Assembly: GCA_964658305.1 (NCBI GenBank)
Contig: OZ210885.1
Span: forward strand, 248,001 to 312,000
DNA: 64,000 nt
Source: Leptogorgia sarmentosa
Taxonomy: Eukaryota
Reading direction: 5' to 3'
Shown here: positions 14,002-25,963 of the stretch, one piece after another
Layout: every line of letters starts with the position of its first letter
How positions within the stretch are numbered: position 1 is the first letter of the stretch
Position numbers and translations under genes: made by a program
The notes under the pieces: model-generated
The model's database searches: none
Told to the model about the DNA's origin: nothing
The model's input: the letters and a program-made list of their open reading frames with translations, nothing else

Positions 14002-15911
14002 TAGGCCGTAGGATGAGCATCGAAAATGTGCTTAGAAAACGGATTCCGTTGCACCCCTCGTGGAACTAGATAATTTTCACATGAATGAGTAGATTAAAAC
14101 TCACTTTATCCGAATCCGTTGCTCCCCAATCGAAACAGGTGCACAAATGGGAGAAAACCTTCCCCAAAGTTTGGTATTTTTGCGCTTCGAAATTTTCGAA
14201 CCGCCATTGTTTTAGTAGCTAACACGCATGCGCATCACATGAAAATTCGCATTGCGCACGCGCACAAACACCCATGTGCTTCGAAGTGGAAACACATTGC
14301 GCTTTATGCAAAATAATCATGGCTGAAGATATTTGCGATATTCGAATATCCTCATGTTTTATGCATTTTGACGACGTTACGGAGCAACTTTGCAAAGTTA
14401 CTCGTCAAAAGCTTAAGAAATTTCTTGAGTGTAGGTCCAAATGGGCCAGACTTAATTGTCAACAAGCTGAAATAGCTAAAAAATCGTACGAGAAAATCGA
14501 TGACGGATCTGTCAATTCATACATGGATAGCAATCCTGACAGCATTAACCTAGAATGGTACCATCATATGAAATGCTGGAAGAGATTTTGTGATGAAGAG
14601 AAGATCCGTAGACAACTGAGAAAAGAAGAAAGAGGAGAGGGTACTAGCTCTAAAGGACTTACTTCCACCGATGAATCACATGTGGAAGTGGAGCCAGTGC
14701 CGAAGCGAAAAATGACGCGTAAATCAGTCGCGGAAACTATAAAGACCTTGCCCAAGAGAAACGCGCATGTACTTCCAGAAATATGCATTATTTGTGGGAG
14801 AGACGCTTCTTGGTTTTCACTAGACAAGGTATGTTATAGGTATTATGATAGGTATAATATTAAGCACTATAATTATAGACAACATTTTACCAATTACATA
14901 TTAATTTATAAACACCCAACCTTGTTGTTAGTGGATGTTTTATTTAATAAGTTTGTTTAACACTAGGTAACAAAGAAGAGAAAAAGAACGCCACTCATGT
15001 TGGCAGAAACAGTTGATGCTGGCCTTCTGCGCACAGCTGCAGAGATAAAGAATGATGAAAAGATTCTTGTCCAAATCCGGGGGAAAGATTGTGTAGCACT
15101 GGAAGTTCGTTACCACAAGGTTTGCTACTCCAATTATACAAAATTTCTTACCAGGGAGGTGAAGAAGCAGTCAGAGACTGAAAGATCTACATCAGTGTAT
15201 GACAAGTCTTATGATGTCTTCTGTAAGACAGTAATAGAGACGGAGGTTATTAGACATAAGCAAATAAAGTATATGAAAGACTTGCTGGAGAAATTTGTCA
15301 CCATTGCTCGAAACACTGAGAACGTGGATGCATCTAAATATAGAGCTTATAAACTCAAACAACGACTGATAAAAAGTTATCCCCAGCTTGTATTCTGTGT
15401 ACCAAAAATGAGAAATGTCAGTGAAATTGTTTATGTGGAAAATTTGGATTCTTCTGAACTGGTTGAGGAACATATGTCAAATCAGTCTGAATACAGCAAT
15501 GTGGACATTGATGAAAAGACCACCATCATTGATGAAGATGATTTGAATCCCACCATCGAAAGTGAGGAAAGTTCCAATATCAATGAGTTACAAATTCTAT
15601 ACAGTGCTGCATTGATTCTTCGCCAGAAACTCCAGGAAATGCCGAAACTAAATCTATCTGAGCGTGCGCAGTGCGAATTTTCATGTGATGCGCATGCGTG
15701 TTAGCTACTAAAACAATGGCGGTTCGAATATTTCGAAGCGCAAAAATACCAAACTTTGGGATGAATTTTCTCCCATTTGTGCACCTGTTTCGCTTGGGGA
15801 GCAACGGATTCGGATAAAGTGAGTTTTAATCTACTCATTCATGTGAAAATTATCTAGTTCCACGAGGGGTGCAACGGAATTGCATCTTTTCGATGCTCAT
15901 CCTACGGCCTA
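14002..15911 (+). mobile_element. Internally deleted DNA transposon, probably Academ superfamily
   Basis: TIRs of ~255 bp (14002-~14262 and ~15660-15911) begin TAGGCCGTAGGATGAGCATCGAAAA. 3-bp TSD CTA at 13999-14001 and 15912-15914; the empty site CCAACTAGGAC is seen at ~694, ~40426 and ~56549. TAG termini, a 3-bp TSD and long TIRs fit Academ. Confidence 0.8.
14319..15704 (+). pseudogene. Truncated N-terminal part of an Academ-like transposase (two exons)
   Basis: 14319-14828 splices (GT-AG intron 14829-14966) in frame to 14967 onward. Motifs WYHHMKCWKRF, CIIC and DCVALEVRYHKVCYSNYT. The frame runs into the right TIR before any catalytic domain. Confidence 0.65.
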
Positions 15912-17631
15912 CTAGGACAAATAATTCTGACGTCTTCATGACTGGAAATAAACGGTCTGTAGTGAAAAACAATTGGTAACAACGACACAAGTAAACAGGA
16001 AGGTAATGACATATTCAGTGTGTGGATATCAAGTTCTAAATTAATTAAAATAATTTAATAAATTAATTAAGTATACCTGTACAGCGGTAAAGCAGGTCAG
16101 GTCCAGGTCATTTCAGGGGCGCTCAGGTTATTAACTTTTAGTAACCAGACACTCTGTAAGCATTTTAGTGGGCATAGCAGTTAAAATCGAGACATATGAG
16201 TGATAAAATTGATATGTTAAGTGTGTTAAATTGATACATACCTTATTTGTATTACGATTCGCGTGGTACTCGTTTTCGCTCAGTTGTAATTTCGCGCGAT
16301 TAAATTTAGCACATCTTTTAGAGAACTCACTCGCACAGCTTTTCATTCGCGCAGAAAATTACCCCAAGAAGGCTTGGAGATGATTTTTGAAAGGTGGCTC
16401 CTGATATATGTATTATTTTTGCCACGAGATGGAGCATAGCAGTAACGAGTTTAGGAATTTGTTGAAATTACGAAATAAATTAGTGAAGCTTTTTAAAAAC
16501 ATGATGACAGTCATGATCTATAGAACATGTTTGGCAGAGAATGTAACAGCAAAAGTTCTTCATTTGTCGAGGGAACCGTGATTGCTTAAACGTACTTGGA
16601 GAAGCGTTTTGAGGGAAGCAGAACGAAGTTGGGGCGGGAGGGGGGGGGCGGGGGCGGGAGTGTTGCCTTTTGAGAATCTGTGCCAACACATTTGAAAATA
16701 ACTGTGGATTCCATATGGGAAACCTTAGAAAAATATATTGCTGCACACTCAGCAAACATTATTTTAAATCAACATGCTAGCGTTCGACAAGCCATGATTT
16801 TATCAACAACGGTACATCATTTTGATACAGTAAAACGAATTCCAAAATAATCAACCTTTATAATTGATACATTTTTGGTTATGCTTTCATGCAATCTTTC
16901 ATTTAGGAAAGAAATAAAATATTTTAAAATGATCTTCATAGTTCAACCTGAATATGTAAACATTCCTCTGTGACTCAATGTATCGCTTTCAGAACAACCT
17001 TGTGTGTACTTTAAACACATTTAGAAGTGTTTAATGTCATTATAATTGAGATGGCAATTTGAAATCTTGTGCATTTAACTGTATAATTCTTTATTGTTTG
17101 TAGTACACTTCTACATATTCTCAGAATTGTGGCAATTGAAATATGAATTAATAAATTTTATATAAAACTGAATGGTTTCAATATGTATGCATTAAAAATC
17201 GCTTGCTGAGCATTTTAATGCATTAATGAATATTAAAATATTCATTAATGAATATTAAAATATTCTATATCAATATTCTGGGCATTTAATATAATATTCT
17301 GGGCATTTAATATAATATTCTGGGCATTTTAATGAGTATTAAAATATTCTATATGTTCTCATGTTAAAACTATTTGTATCATCACAATTAACCTTTTAAA
17401 TATCTCTCTTTCACTACAAAGTCAAAACAAACATTCTGTGGCCATTCAACCATCACACGGCCCAACGAATACAGATTTCGTAAGACGTGCAAATGTCACA
17501 AATAAAGGTACATAACCGCAAGACAACACTTGTAGAAAAAATCCTTAGCTGTTTGAGGATGTTTAACATTATTCTACGAGGAAAAACAAAATGGAAACTG
17601 ATTTTTTTCTGTGCAATAGAGTCTAAGTAGG

Positions 17632-18095
17632 TGTCGTGAAATAGCGACAGAACATTATTACATTAGACGATAGAACTTATTAAGCACTGTTCTGTTCAGA
17701 CACTATACCTACAAAGGTATCGAATTTCGCACCTTGACAACATAAATCGCACAGTGACGCACACACGTCAAATTAATGCACAATCAGTAACAATCGCACC
17801 TATACTCGTAGTTTATTGGTCAGAACAATTCACTAAGGTTTTAGATTACACTCGCACTCTGAACACATCTACACGTTTATAATGTTTTATGATTGTATAT
17901 AGTTGAACGAGCTCGCGTAATGAGAGCTACTATATGTAATTAAGAATATATGTTAGAAACTATTGTGTGATCGTCCGTCATTGCTCAGAACGTAATCTAT
18001 TGAAAGAACCTCCGCTTACTGCTCTCGATTGTTGTTGAGACGCAAACACACAACGCAAGAATACAAACGTATACGAACAAGAGACAATCGAGACA
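17632..18095 (+). repeat. 5' LTR (464 bp)
   Basis: TGTCGTGAAATAGCG...ATCGAGACA; matches 23651-23694 plus 27692-28109. Confidence 0.95.
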
Positions 18096-18096
18096 T

Positions 18097-18114
18097 TGGT
18101 GCCGTGACCAGGAT
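18097..18114 (+). promoter_or_regulatory. Primer-binding site, tRNA-His type
   Basis: TGGTGCCGTGACCAGGAT lies one base after the LTR and is complementary to the typical eukaryotic tRNA-His 3' end (...GTCACGGCACCA). Confidence 0.8.
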
Positions 18115-21100
18115 GGACGATCTTCAACGCGCAAAGATAACTCGACGCGCTCAACGAGCACAAGCAACAAAGACGTGGAATAAGGCAGAAACACTAATGA
18201 ATGGCGAAATCGATGAGACCAGCATCCAACTACTACAAGTCGTGTTACAGACATTCGACACAAAAATCGAACAATTGAGAAGGATCGACGAGAATATATC
18301 GTGCAAAATCGAGACCGAGAAGGAACTAGAAAGCGAGATCGTGGGAGCAGACGACTATCTGAGTGAGCTAATGGATAAAAGGTACCGAATACAATTTTTC
18401 ATAAGTTCTAATCAAGCCACTACGCCAAGTCTTAATGACGCGTTGCCTGCGGCGCAACACTATAGTCAAGGAGAACAATCAGCGTCGCAAGATCACATAT
18501 ACTCCTCGCAATTGAACAATTCCGGTGCGCATAGATTGCCTAAGTTAGCCCTGCCAATTTTCAATGGGAATCCACTAAAATGGCAAACGTTTTGGGACTC
18601 ATACAAGGCCGCAGTTCATGATAACACATCTCTATGTGACATACAAAGGTTCAATTATTTGAAAGCACACCTGGCGGAAGAAGCGGCTAGATCAATCGAG
18701 GGTTTGCCCCTAACAGACACAAACTACGCGCAGTCAATCAAGATACTCGAAGAAAGATTTGGTCAATCACATAAAATCACAAACGCGCACATGCAAGCAT
18801 TGTTGGACCTCCCTAATCCATCTGAGTCCGTAACTAGTTTACGTGGGTTTTACGACCGCATGGAAAATCACGTCCAAAGTCTTGAAGCTTTGGGGAAAAC
18901 ACAAGACTCCTACGGCGATCTCCTAGTACCCGTTATTTTGAGCAAGCTTCCGGCCACAGTAAAGCACAATCTCATTCGAGAGCATGGCAGCACGGACTTG
19001 AGTTTAGAACAATTGCGCAAAGCTATTTCGAAAGAAATTCGTATACTCGAAGCAAGCGAAGAGACGAATAAACTTAATCATTTAAGTCGTTCACATGACA
19101 CAGTTCCTTCCGTATCCAGTTTACTAACGAACACCAGCAAATACAAAAATCCTGGGGGGAATTTCAGTAATTCAAAGTTCAAAACGCCACCTCACCCCTC
19201 CAAAACGAAGCCGTGTATTTTCTGTAATGGTTCCCACAAACCGAACGATTGTACAGCTGTAAGTGATCCTGCTGCTCGAAAACAAATTGCGTTTCAGGCG
19301 AACTTGTGTTTCAACTGCCTTAATAACCATCGCGTGTCACAGTGCAAATCCAAGAATCGCTGCCGACAGTGTCACCAAAAACACCATACAAGCCTTTGTG
19401 TGGTTAACAAAGAGTATCCAGAACGACAAAAACCTGATCCAACCACACGACAAAACATCAAAGACAAAGACGGAAACCTGCAATGTATGTGTACCAACAG
19501 CGGCAGCGTAGCTCAGACAACCAACATGAGTGGACAAACATCTGGTAACAACACCGCTACAACGTCAGTTGCGAACCTCCATACCAACCTATCTGACAAC
19601 AAGTCCTCCCACCGATGTACTTTACTGAAAACAGCAATAGCCACAGTACAATCCCGAAACAGAGCCGCAACCGCGCACATTCTGTTCGATGAAGGTGCCC
19701 AACGTTCCTTCATAACCGAAGAGCTGGCAAACCATCTCGACCTTGTACCAGAAGGGACCGAACCTTTACACCTATCAGTCTTTGGTGGTGGACAGACCAC
19801 TGTTAAAAGAGCTGATGTTGCAACCGTACATTTAAGAACAGATATTGGTGGAATTATACCGATTCAAGTAGTGATCATCCCAGTGATTGCTATGCCACAA
19901 AGGAACCATATGACTACTGATATACACAACTTACCTTACCTCAAAAACCTCAAGTTAGCTCATCCTATCACCAGCGACGACCAATTAAAGATCTCTCTTC
20001 TCATTGGTGCGGACCACTACTGGGATATTGTAGAAGACAAGATTGTTCGGGGATCTGGTCCTACTGCCGCAAAATCAAAGATTGGTTACCTACTATCCGG
20101 ACCAACCACTGTTCCCTACCCACCACCATCAGAGCTCACCGCTACGGTCCTCAAGACCATCGTCACCACAGAACGGGAAGACGTAACGTTAGAAAAGTTC
20201 TGGAACTTGGAATCCATAGGCATTTTACCAGATGAAAACGAAAAGGAAGAAAGAGATTTCGTTGAAGAGTACCAAATTTCCTCGATTCGCCTTGAAAATG
20301 GACGCTATAATGCCAAGCTACCTTGGAAACCTAATCACCCACCACTTCCTACAAATGAGAAAGTAGCAAAAGGACGAACCCGCTCCACAGTACGACGGCT
20401 TGCCACAGATCCTGAAAGACTGAAGGTATATAACCAGATCATCACCGAGCAGGAACAGCGCGGATTCATCGAGAAAATCCCCAATCCCAAAGCAATCCGA
20501 AGCAGATGTCACTACCTTCCACACCATGCTATCTTGAAAGATTCCTCCACCACTCCAGTTCGTGTCGTCTTCGACTGCAGCTGCAGAGCAAACGATAGTC
20601 AACCGAGTTTGAATGATTGCCTAGCTACCGGTCCTCCACTCCTAAACGACCTCACCGCGATCCTCATTCGATTCCGCCGTTACCGATATGCCCTGACCGC
20701 TGATATCGAGAAGGCATTTCTCCACATAATTCTGGATGAAGAAGATCGAGACGCCACGCGATTCTTCTGGTTATCGGACCCGAAGGACCCAGAAAGTCCA
20801 TTTGATGTCTATCGTTTCAAGTCCATCCTATTTGGTGCGTCGTGCTCACCATTTATCTTAAATGCGACCATTAAAAAACATCTCGACAGTATCCACAACC
20901 CAGTCGCTGAGAAAATGAAGACCGATATCTATGTTGATAACCTGGTCACTGGCTCTGACCGTGAGGATGAAGCATCTTCGTTCCTTGAAAGATCGAGGCT
21001 CATAATGTCACCTGTGGGCCTTAATCTAAGAGCGTGGAATTCCAACAACCCAGCGATTCGTGCATCAGCTGTCGACCAAAGCCTACAAGACAAAGATCCA

Positions 21101-23663
21101 GAAACAAAGGTACTCGGGCTTCGATGGAATCCCAACACTGACACACTTCAATTCCAGCAACGGCAACCACCTGACGACGCTATTAATAACATCACAAAAA
21201 GAGAAGTTCTCCGTGAATCCTCTAAGATTTACGACCCACTTGGCATCCTAACCCCAGTGACCATTCGAGCCAAGATCCTTATGCAAGAACTGTGGAAAGA
21301 AGGGTACGGTTGGGACGAACCTTTACCACAAGAGCTCCAAGCCAAATGGTTGTCACTCTCTAACGATTTGCAAGCCGCCACACGAATCACGTTTCCTCGC
21401 CGTTATTTCCCCTCCTTATCAACGTGGCCACCCAACACGTATTTCTCTGCACGTATTTGTCGACGCCAGTGTCAAAGCATATGGAGCAACCGCCTATATC
21501 ACTTATGGTTCTGAAATATCATTGGTTATGGCCAAATCCCGAGTCGCACCGCTTAAGAAACTCACCTTACCACAACTCGAGTTGATGGCAGCTGTACTTG
21601 GTGCAAGACTGTCTTCGTATCTCCAAACCCACTTACAAGTGTCCAACGTTTACCTCTGGTCAGATAGTCAAATCGTCCTCCACTGGTTGACCTCTAAGAA
21701 GGAATTGAAACGATTCGTCCACAACCGCGTCACAGAAATCCAGTCGCTCACAGAAGATGCCTCATGGAACTATTGCCCAACTGGGGATAACCCTGCTGAT
21801 CTCCTAACCAGAGGAATGCCGGCTGGTGAGCTGTCCACATCCACTCTCTGGTCTCGTGGACCTCCGTGGCTCCATACAAAGGAAAGCTGGCCCTCCTGGA
21901 ACTCCAAATCTGTTCTCTTCCAGTCCACAGCAACAGAACAACTCGAAGCAATCTCCAGTGAATCAACGACCAACCCAAAGAACGTACCCGCATCTAAACA
22001 TGGAATAGTCCAAGTTGTCAATCTGACTACTTACAGTAACCTCCATAAGCTGGTCAGAGTCACAGCATGGATTCTCCGCTTCGTCCATAACATGAAGACG
22101 AAAACTCGTTCTGGTCCACCAACGTTAAGTGTCACTGAATTGGATTCTGCTCTAATGTTTTGGATTGTTGATTGTCAATCAGTTGCGTATTCAAAGGAAC
22201 TTGTCAACCTACAATCGAAGACATCTAACCGATTACCTCTAGTCAGACAACTCCGTCTATTTCTCGACGAAGGCATCATCCGCTGTGGTGGGCGAATACA
22301 TAACGCTCCTGTTCAAGAATCCGCAAAGTTTCCCATTCTCCTCCCCCGAAATCACCACCTTACACAGTTGATCGTGGAAGAGACACACAGAGCAACCCTT
22401 CACTCTGGACAAAACCATACCCTTACTCACCTCCGTCAAAGATATTGGATACCCGCTGCCAGACAATACATTAAGAAGATCATCCGTCGTTGTGTGACGT
22501 GTCTGAAGACTACAGGCAAACCATATACTATACCAGACCCACCCCCACTTCCAACAACTCGAACAAATGATGCACCTCCATTTACCACTACTGGGGTCGA
22601 TTTCACAGGCGAAATCTACATAAAATCAACCAACGGCCCGTCGAAGACGTATATTTGCCTATTTACCTGTGCAAGTACTCGCGCCGTTCACCTGGAAGTC
22701 GTGACCGACCTAACCGTTCCTACCTTTATTGAAGCTTTCCGCCGATTTGCCAGCCGCAAATCACTACCAAAACTCTTGATCTCTGACAACGCCTCCACCT
22801 ACCAGTCTGCTGCAGAAGAGCTGTTGAAGCTCTTGAAATCCCCGCTCCTTGAGACACATCTCAGCAATCGTGCAGTACAATGGAGATTCATCCCCAAGCG
22901 TGCTCCATGGTATGGTGGATTTTGGGAAAGACTCATCGGTCTGACGAAGATCACCCTTAAAAGAGTCTTGGGAAGAGCACTCGTTCCGCTGTCCGAACTT
23001 CAAACGATCGTTGTTGAAATTGAAGCAATACTGAACGACCGTCCACTCACCTTTGTCTCCTCCAACATTGAAGACGAACAACCTTTAACACCCGCCCATT
23101 TACTCTATGGTCGCAGAATAACAGCATTACCCCACCCACTGACGGAAGAAGAGGAATGGTCAGATCCCACCTTCAACGCAGATCCCACACTCGTGCAACA
23201 CCTTGCAAATATTAGAGCCAACCTCATTCATCATTTCTGGAATCGTTGGCGCCACGAATATCTGACATCCCTCCGAGAATTTCACAAGGCTAGTGGAAAA
23301 AACGAGACTACCGTAAAAGTTGGTGACGTAGTACAAGTCCATGATGATACGAAACGTATCAACTGGAGATTGGCTGTGGTTGAAAGTCTCATCACTGGTG
23401 GCGATGGAATGGTTCGAGCCGCCAATATCAGAACCAGTACCGGCCACACTAACCGTCCAATTTCCAAACTGTATCCATTAGAGGTCAGCAGTACAACACC
23501 CCCTAGCGTTCGTTCTGCAACCAAAGAACCGAGTGGCGAGAAGGAGCAACCGTTCCAGAACCCGCGACAGAGAAGGAAACGATCAGCAGCAGTGAAAGCA
23601 GAGCAGAAAATTAAAGGCTGGACATCTTCCTTGTTGCGTCCCCCGGAGGATGTCGTGAAATAG
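18113..23663 (+). pseudogene. BEL/Pao gag-pol polyprotein with one +1 frameshift near 21436-21447
   Basis: Gag motif LPKLALPIFNGNPLKWQTFWDSY, three zinc knuckles (CIFC, CFNC, CRQC), protease LFDEGAQRSF and RT YVDN. The RNase H motif LHVFVDASVKAYG starts at 21447 in the second frame; integrase GVDF...SDNA...WERLIG follows. The stop lies inside the 3' LTR. Confidence 0.92.
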
Positions 23664-24079
23664 CGACAGAACATTATTAGATTAGACGATAGAAAGTAGT
23701 ATTATATAGGCCGATCGAGCCTTTTTTTTAGGGTGGTGCAGGGTGGTGTAGGGTGGTGCACGGCGCGTGAGGCTGCGCAGGGGTGCGCAGGGGTGCACAT
23801 GCGTATTGAGGCCATGAACTCATTAGAATATCGTGTTCTGATTGGTTGAATTTTACAATTCGGATACGTATCGGGATACGTGTCTGATCGTGTTGTGATT
23901 GGTCAAACAGCGTCTTTACAATTCGGATACGTGTTCTGATTGTTTGAACAGCGTCGGATTAATCGGATACGTATCGGGATACGTGTCTTGTAATGAATGC
24001 TAGATGAATTGATACTATCACACCACAAAATATTAAGTACAAATTTTATTGATCTATTTAAAAAGATTTTTCACACATG

Positions 24080-25704
24080 TTAGTATGGTCTATTTCTTAG
24101 ACTGTATCTATGCATTTTTCGTTTATAAACTTTGCCAGGTCTATTTTTATCTTGAATTAAAATATGATCAGCGTTGGGTGTGTAATTTCGCACTTCTTCT
24201 TCAGTCAACTCTCTGTCCCCATCGTCAGATTCAGCTTCTTCTACGTTGGCACCATCGGATTCGTCGTCTTCTTTTTCTGAGAAATCTGGGCTATTATCCT
24301 CGATATCCGTGTGAACTGAGCTATTATCCTCGCTATTTGTGTGATCTGCACTATTATCCTCATTATCTGTGTCACCAGTGTACCAGTGTATCCGACGCTT
24401 GACTGTTGGCGGCGGTGTTAAATAATGAGACATGGGTGAATGTCTCTCGCTTTCTTCATCTGAATCAGAAACCAACTCTTCGCTTTCGCCAGCAGGTTGT
24501 ACTGTAACGTCTGAGTCATCGTCCTCGGCATCAGAGTCATTTCTGTGCCATGAGTATTGTCTGTGTGGTTGATTACTCTCACCTGACTCACTATCCTCTA
24601 TGTCAGCATCATCAGCATGGCTGTACCGTTGATAAGAACGTTGTTTCTTCGAAACCTTTTTAATATTCTTAGTGAATTGCTTCAAGTATTTTGTCAACTT
24701 TTTTTCAAGACGATTCTGAAACTTATTTTGCAATTAGCTTTGAAATGTCTGAAATCTATGATATTCGTTGGCATAAATTGCACTTTTTTCATCGGGAGTC
24801 ATCGACGGTGAGCTCAAGATATTTTCCATTTCTTGTTCTGTGTTATACATAGCGCTTAGCATAGGGGGTTGTCGATAAGTTTCCTTTCTGATATAGTCAC
24901 TAAGTTGTTGCTGTATGCCACCATCAGCCCTCGGGAATACATTTGTTTTCAATCGATGATCGTCGTGGGTAGCCGGTTTCAGATCTAGCATGAGATATCC
25001 ATGGGGTCGACTTGTAGCTTCTTCATAGGTGTTCATAAATTCTTGAACACGACCAGGTCTAATTTGTCTAGCCAACATTGATATTTGCTGCTTATCGCGA
25101 GGTGACTTGAAGAGAATTATATAATGCGTATTGAGACTGATGTCTCTTGTTTCTCTTCCTTGATGAAATATATTCTAGTATATTTTATATATAATAATAT
25201 ATATTAGTGATGGCTACCCTTGGTAAATAAGTCTGTTATGCGCCTGTCTCTTCCTGATTGGGCCATAAGGTCATCAAGGACAATTAGGTTACGTTTGTTA
25301 ACATCAAAAAAGTGCTGAGAATCGATTTCAGAAGGTATACCTTCGTAAAATTCAATACCAGGTAACGTATTTATCATCTCTACATACATGGGTTGCCATT
25401 GACCATAACACCAGACAATACGTTCTGGAGGAGGGCTTATTGTTTTCTGGGCATTTTCCAGAAGAGATTTTACCCACACTGTCTTACCACTTTGCGTACA
25501 ACCCGCGACTATGCATGTGAAAGGGTGATGCAATACCGCTGATCCGTTAGTTGAAGAAACGGATTTGGCACCATGATCTTGTAGATTGTGACGCTGCATA
25601 ATCACGTTTTCGCTATCTATGTTAATAGCATGTACCTTGTTATGTCGCGACCTGTTACCAGCTGTAGAAAATGATTTCCCACAAATCTGACAGAGATACG
25701 GCAT
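24080..25704 (-). pseudogene. C2H2 zinc finger + A32/FtsK-HerA-type DNA-packaging ATPase + acidic tail (left arm), disrupted
   Basis: CQICGKSFSTAGNRSRHNKVH, Walker A GCTQSGKT and Walker B LIVLDD. It is broken by an AT-rich replacement at ~25177-25206 and a CAA>TAA change at 24736-24734. The ORF pieces 25204-25704, 24734-25078 and 24080-24733 are collinear with the right-arm ORF. Confidence 0.88.
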
Positions 25705-25764
25705 GGTTCACGGTCAAGTCTAAAATGATGCTAAACTCCCCAACTCCTTATATTTATGTTTTAC

Positions 25765-25963
25765 CGAATGATATCGAATGATATCCCAATGATATCGAAT
25801 GATATCCCAATGATATCGAATGATATCCCAATGATATCGAATGATATCCCAATGATATCGAATGATATCGAAATGATATCGAATGATATCCCAAATGATA
25901 TCCCAATGATATCGAATGATATCGAAATGATATCGAAATGATATCGAATGATATCCCAATGAT
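25765..25963. repeat. GATATC-core minisatellite (~21-bp unit AATGATATCG-AATGATATCCC) in the palindrome spacer
   Basis: Directly visible; it abuts the right arm. Confidence 0.95.

Larger units (their letters stand above)
11155..15939 (-). pseudogene. Fibrinogen-related domain protein (ficolin/techylectin/ryncolin-like), copy 1, disrupted
   Basis: Exons 15939-13971 (split by the transposon at 14002-15911), 12826-12678, 12206-11829 and 11426-11155. FReD motifs [59 protein letters not shown] at 12198-12196 where the other copies have TGC (KNC). Confidence 0.9.

Noticed and set aside
18029..18112. ORF-track N-terminal extension of gag (and the related ORF 28043-28231)
   Set aside because: It starts at a non-ATG codon inside the LTR; the first ATG is 18113.
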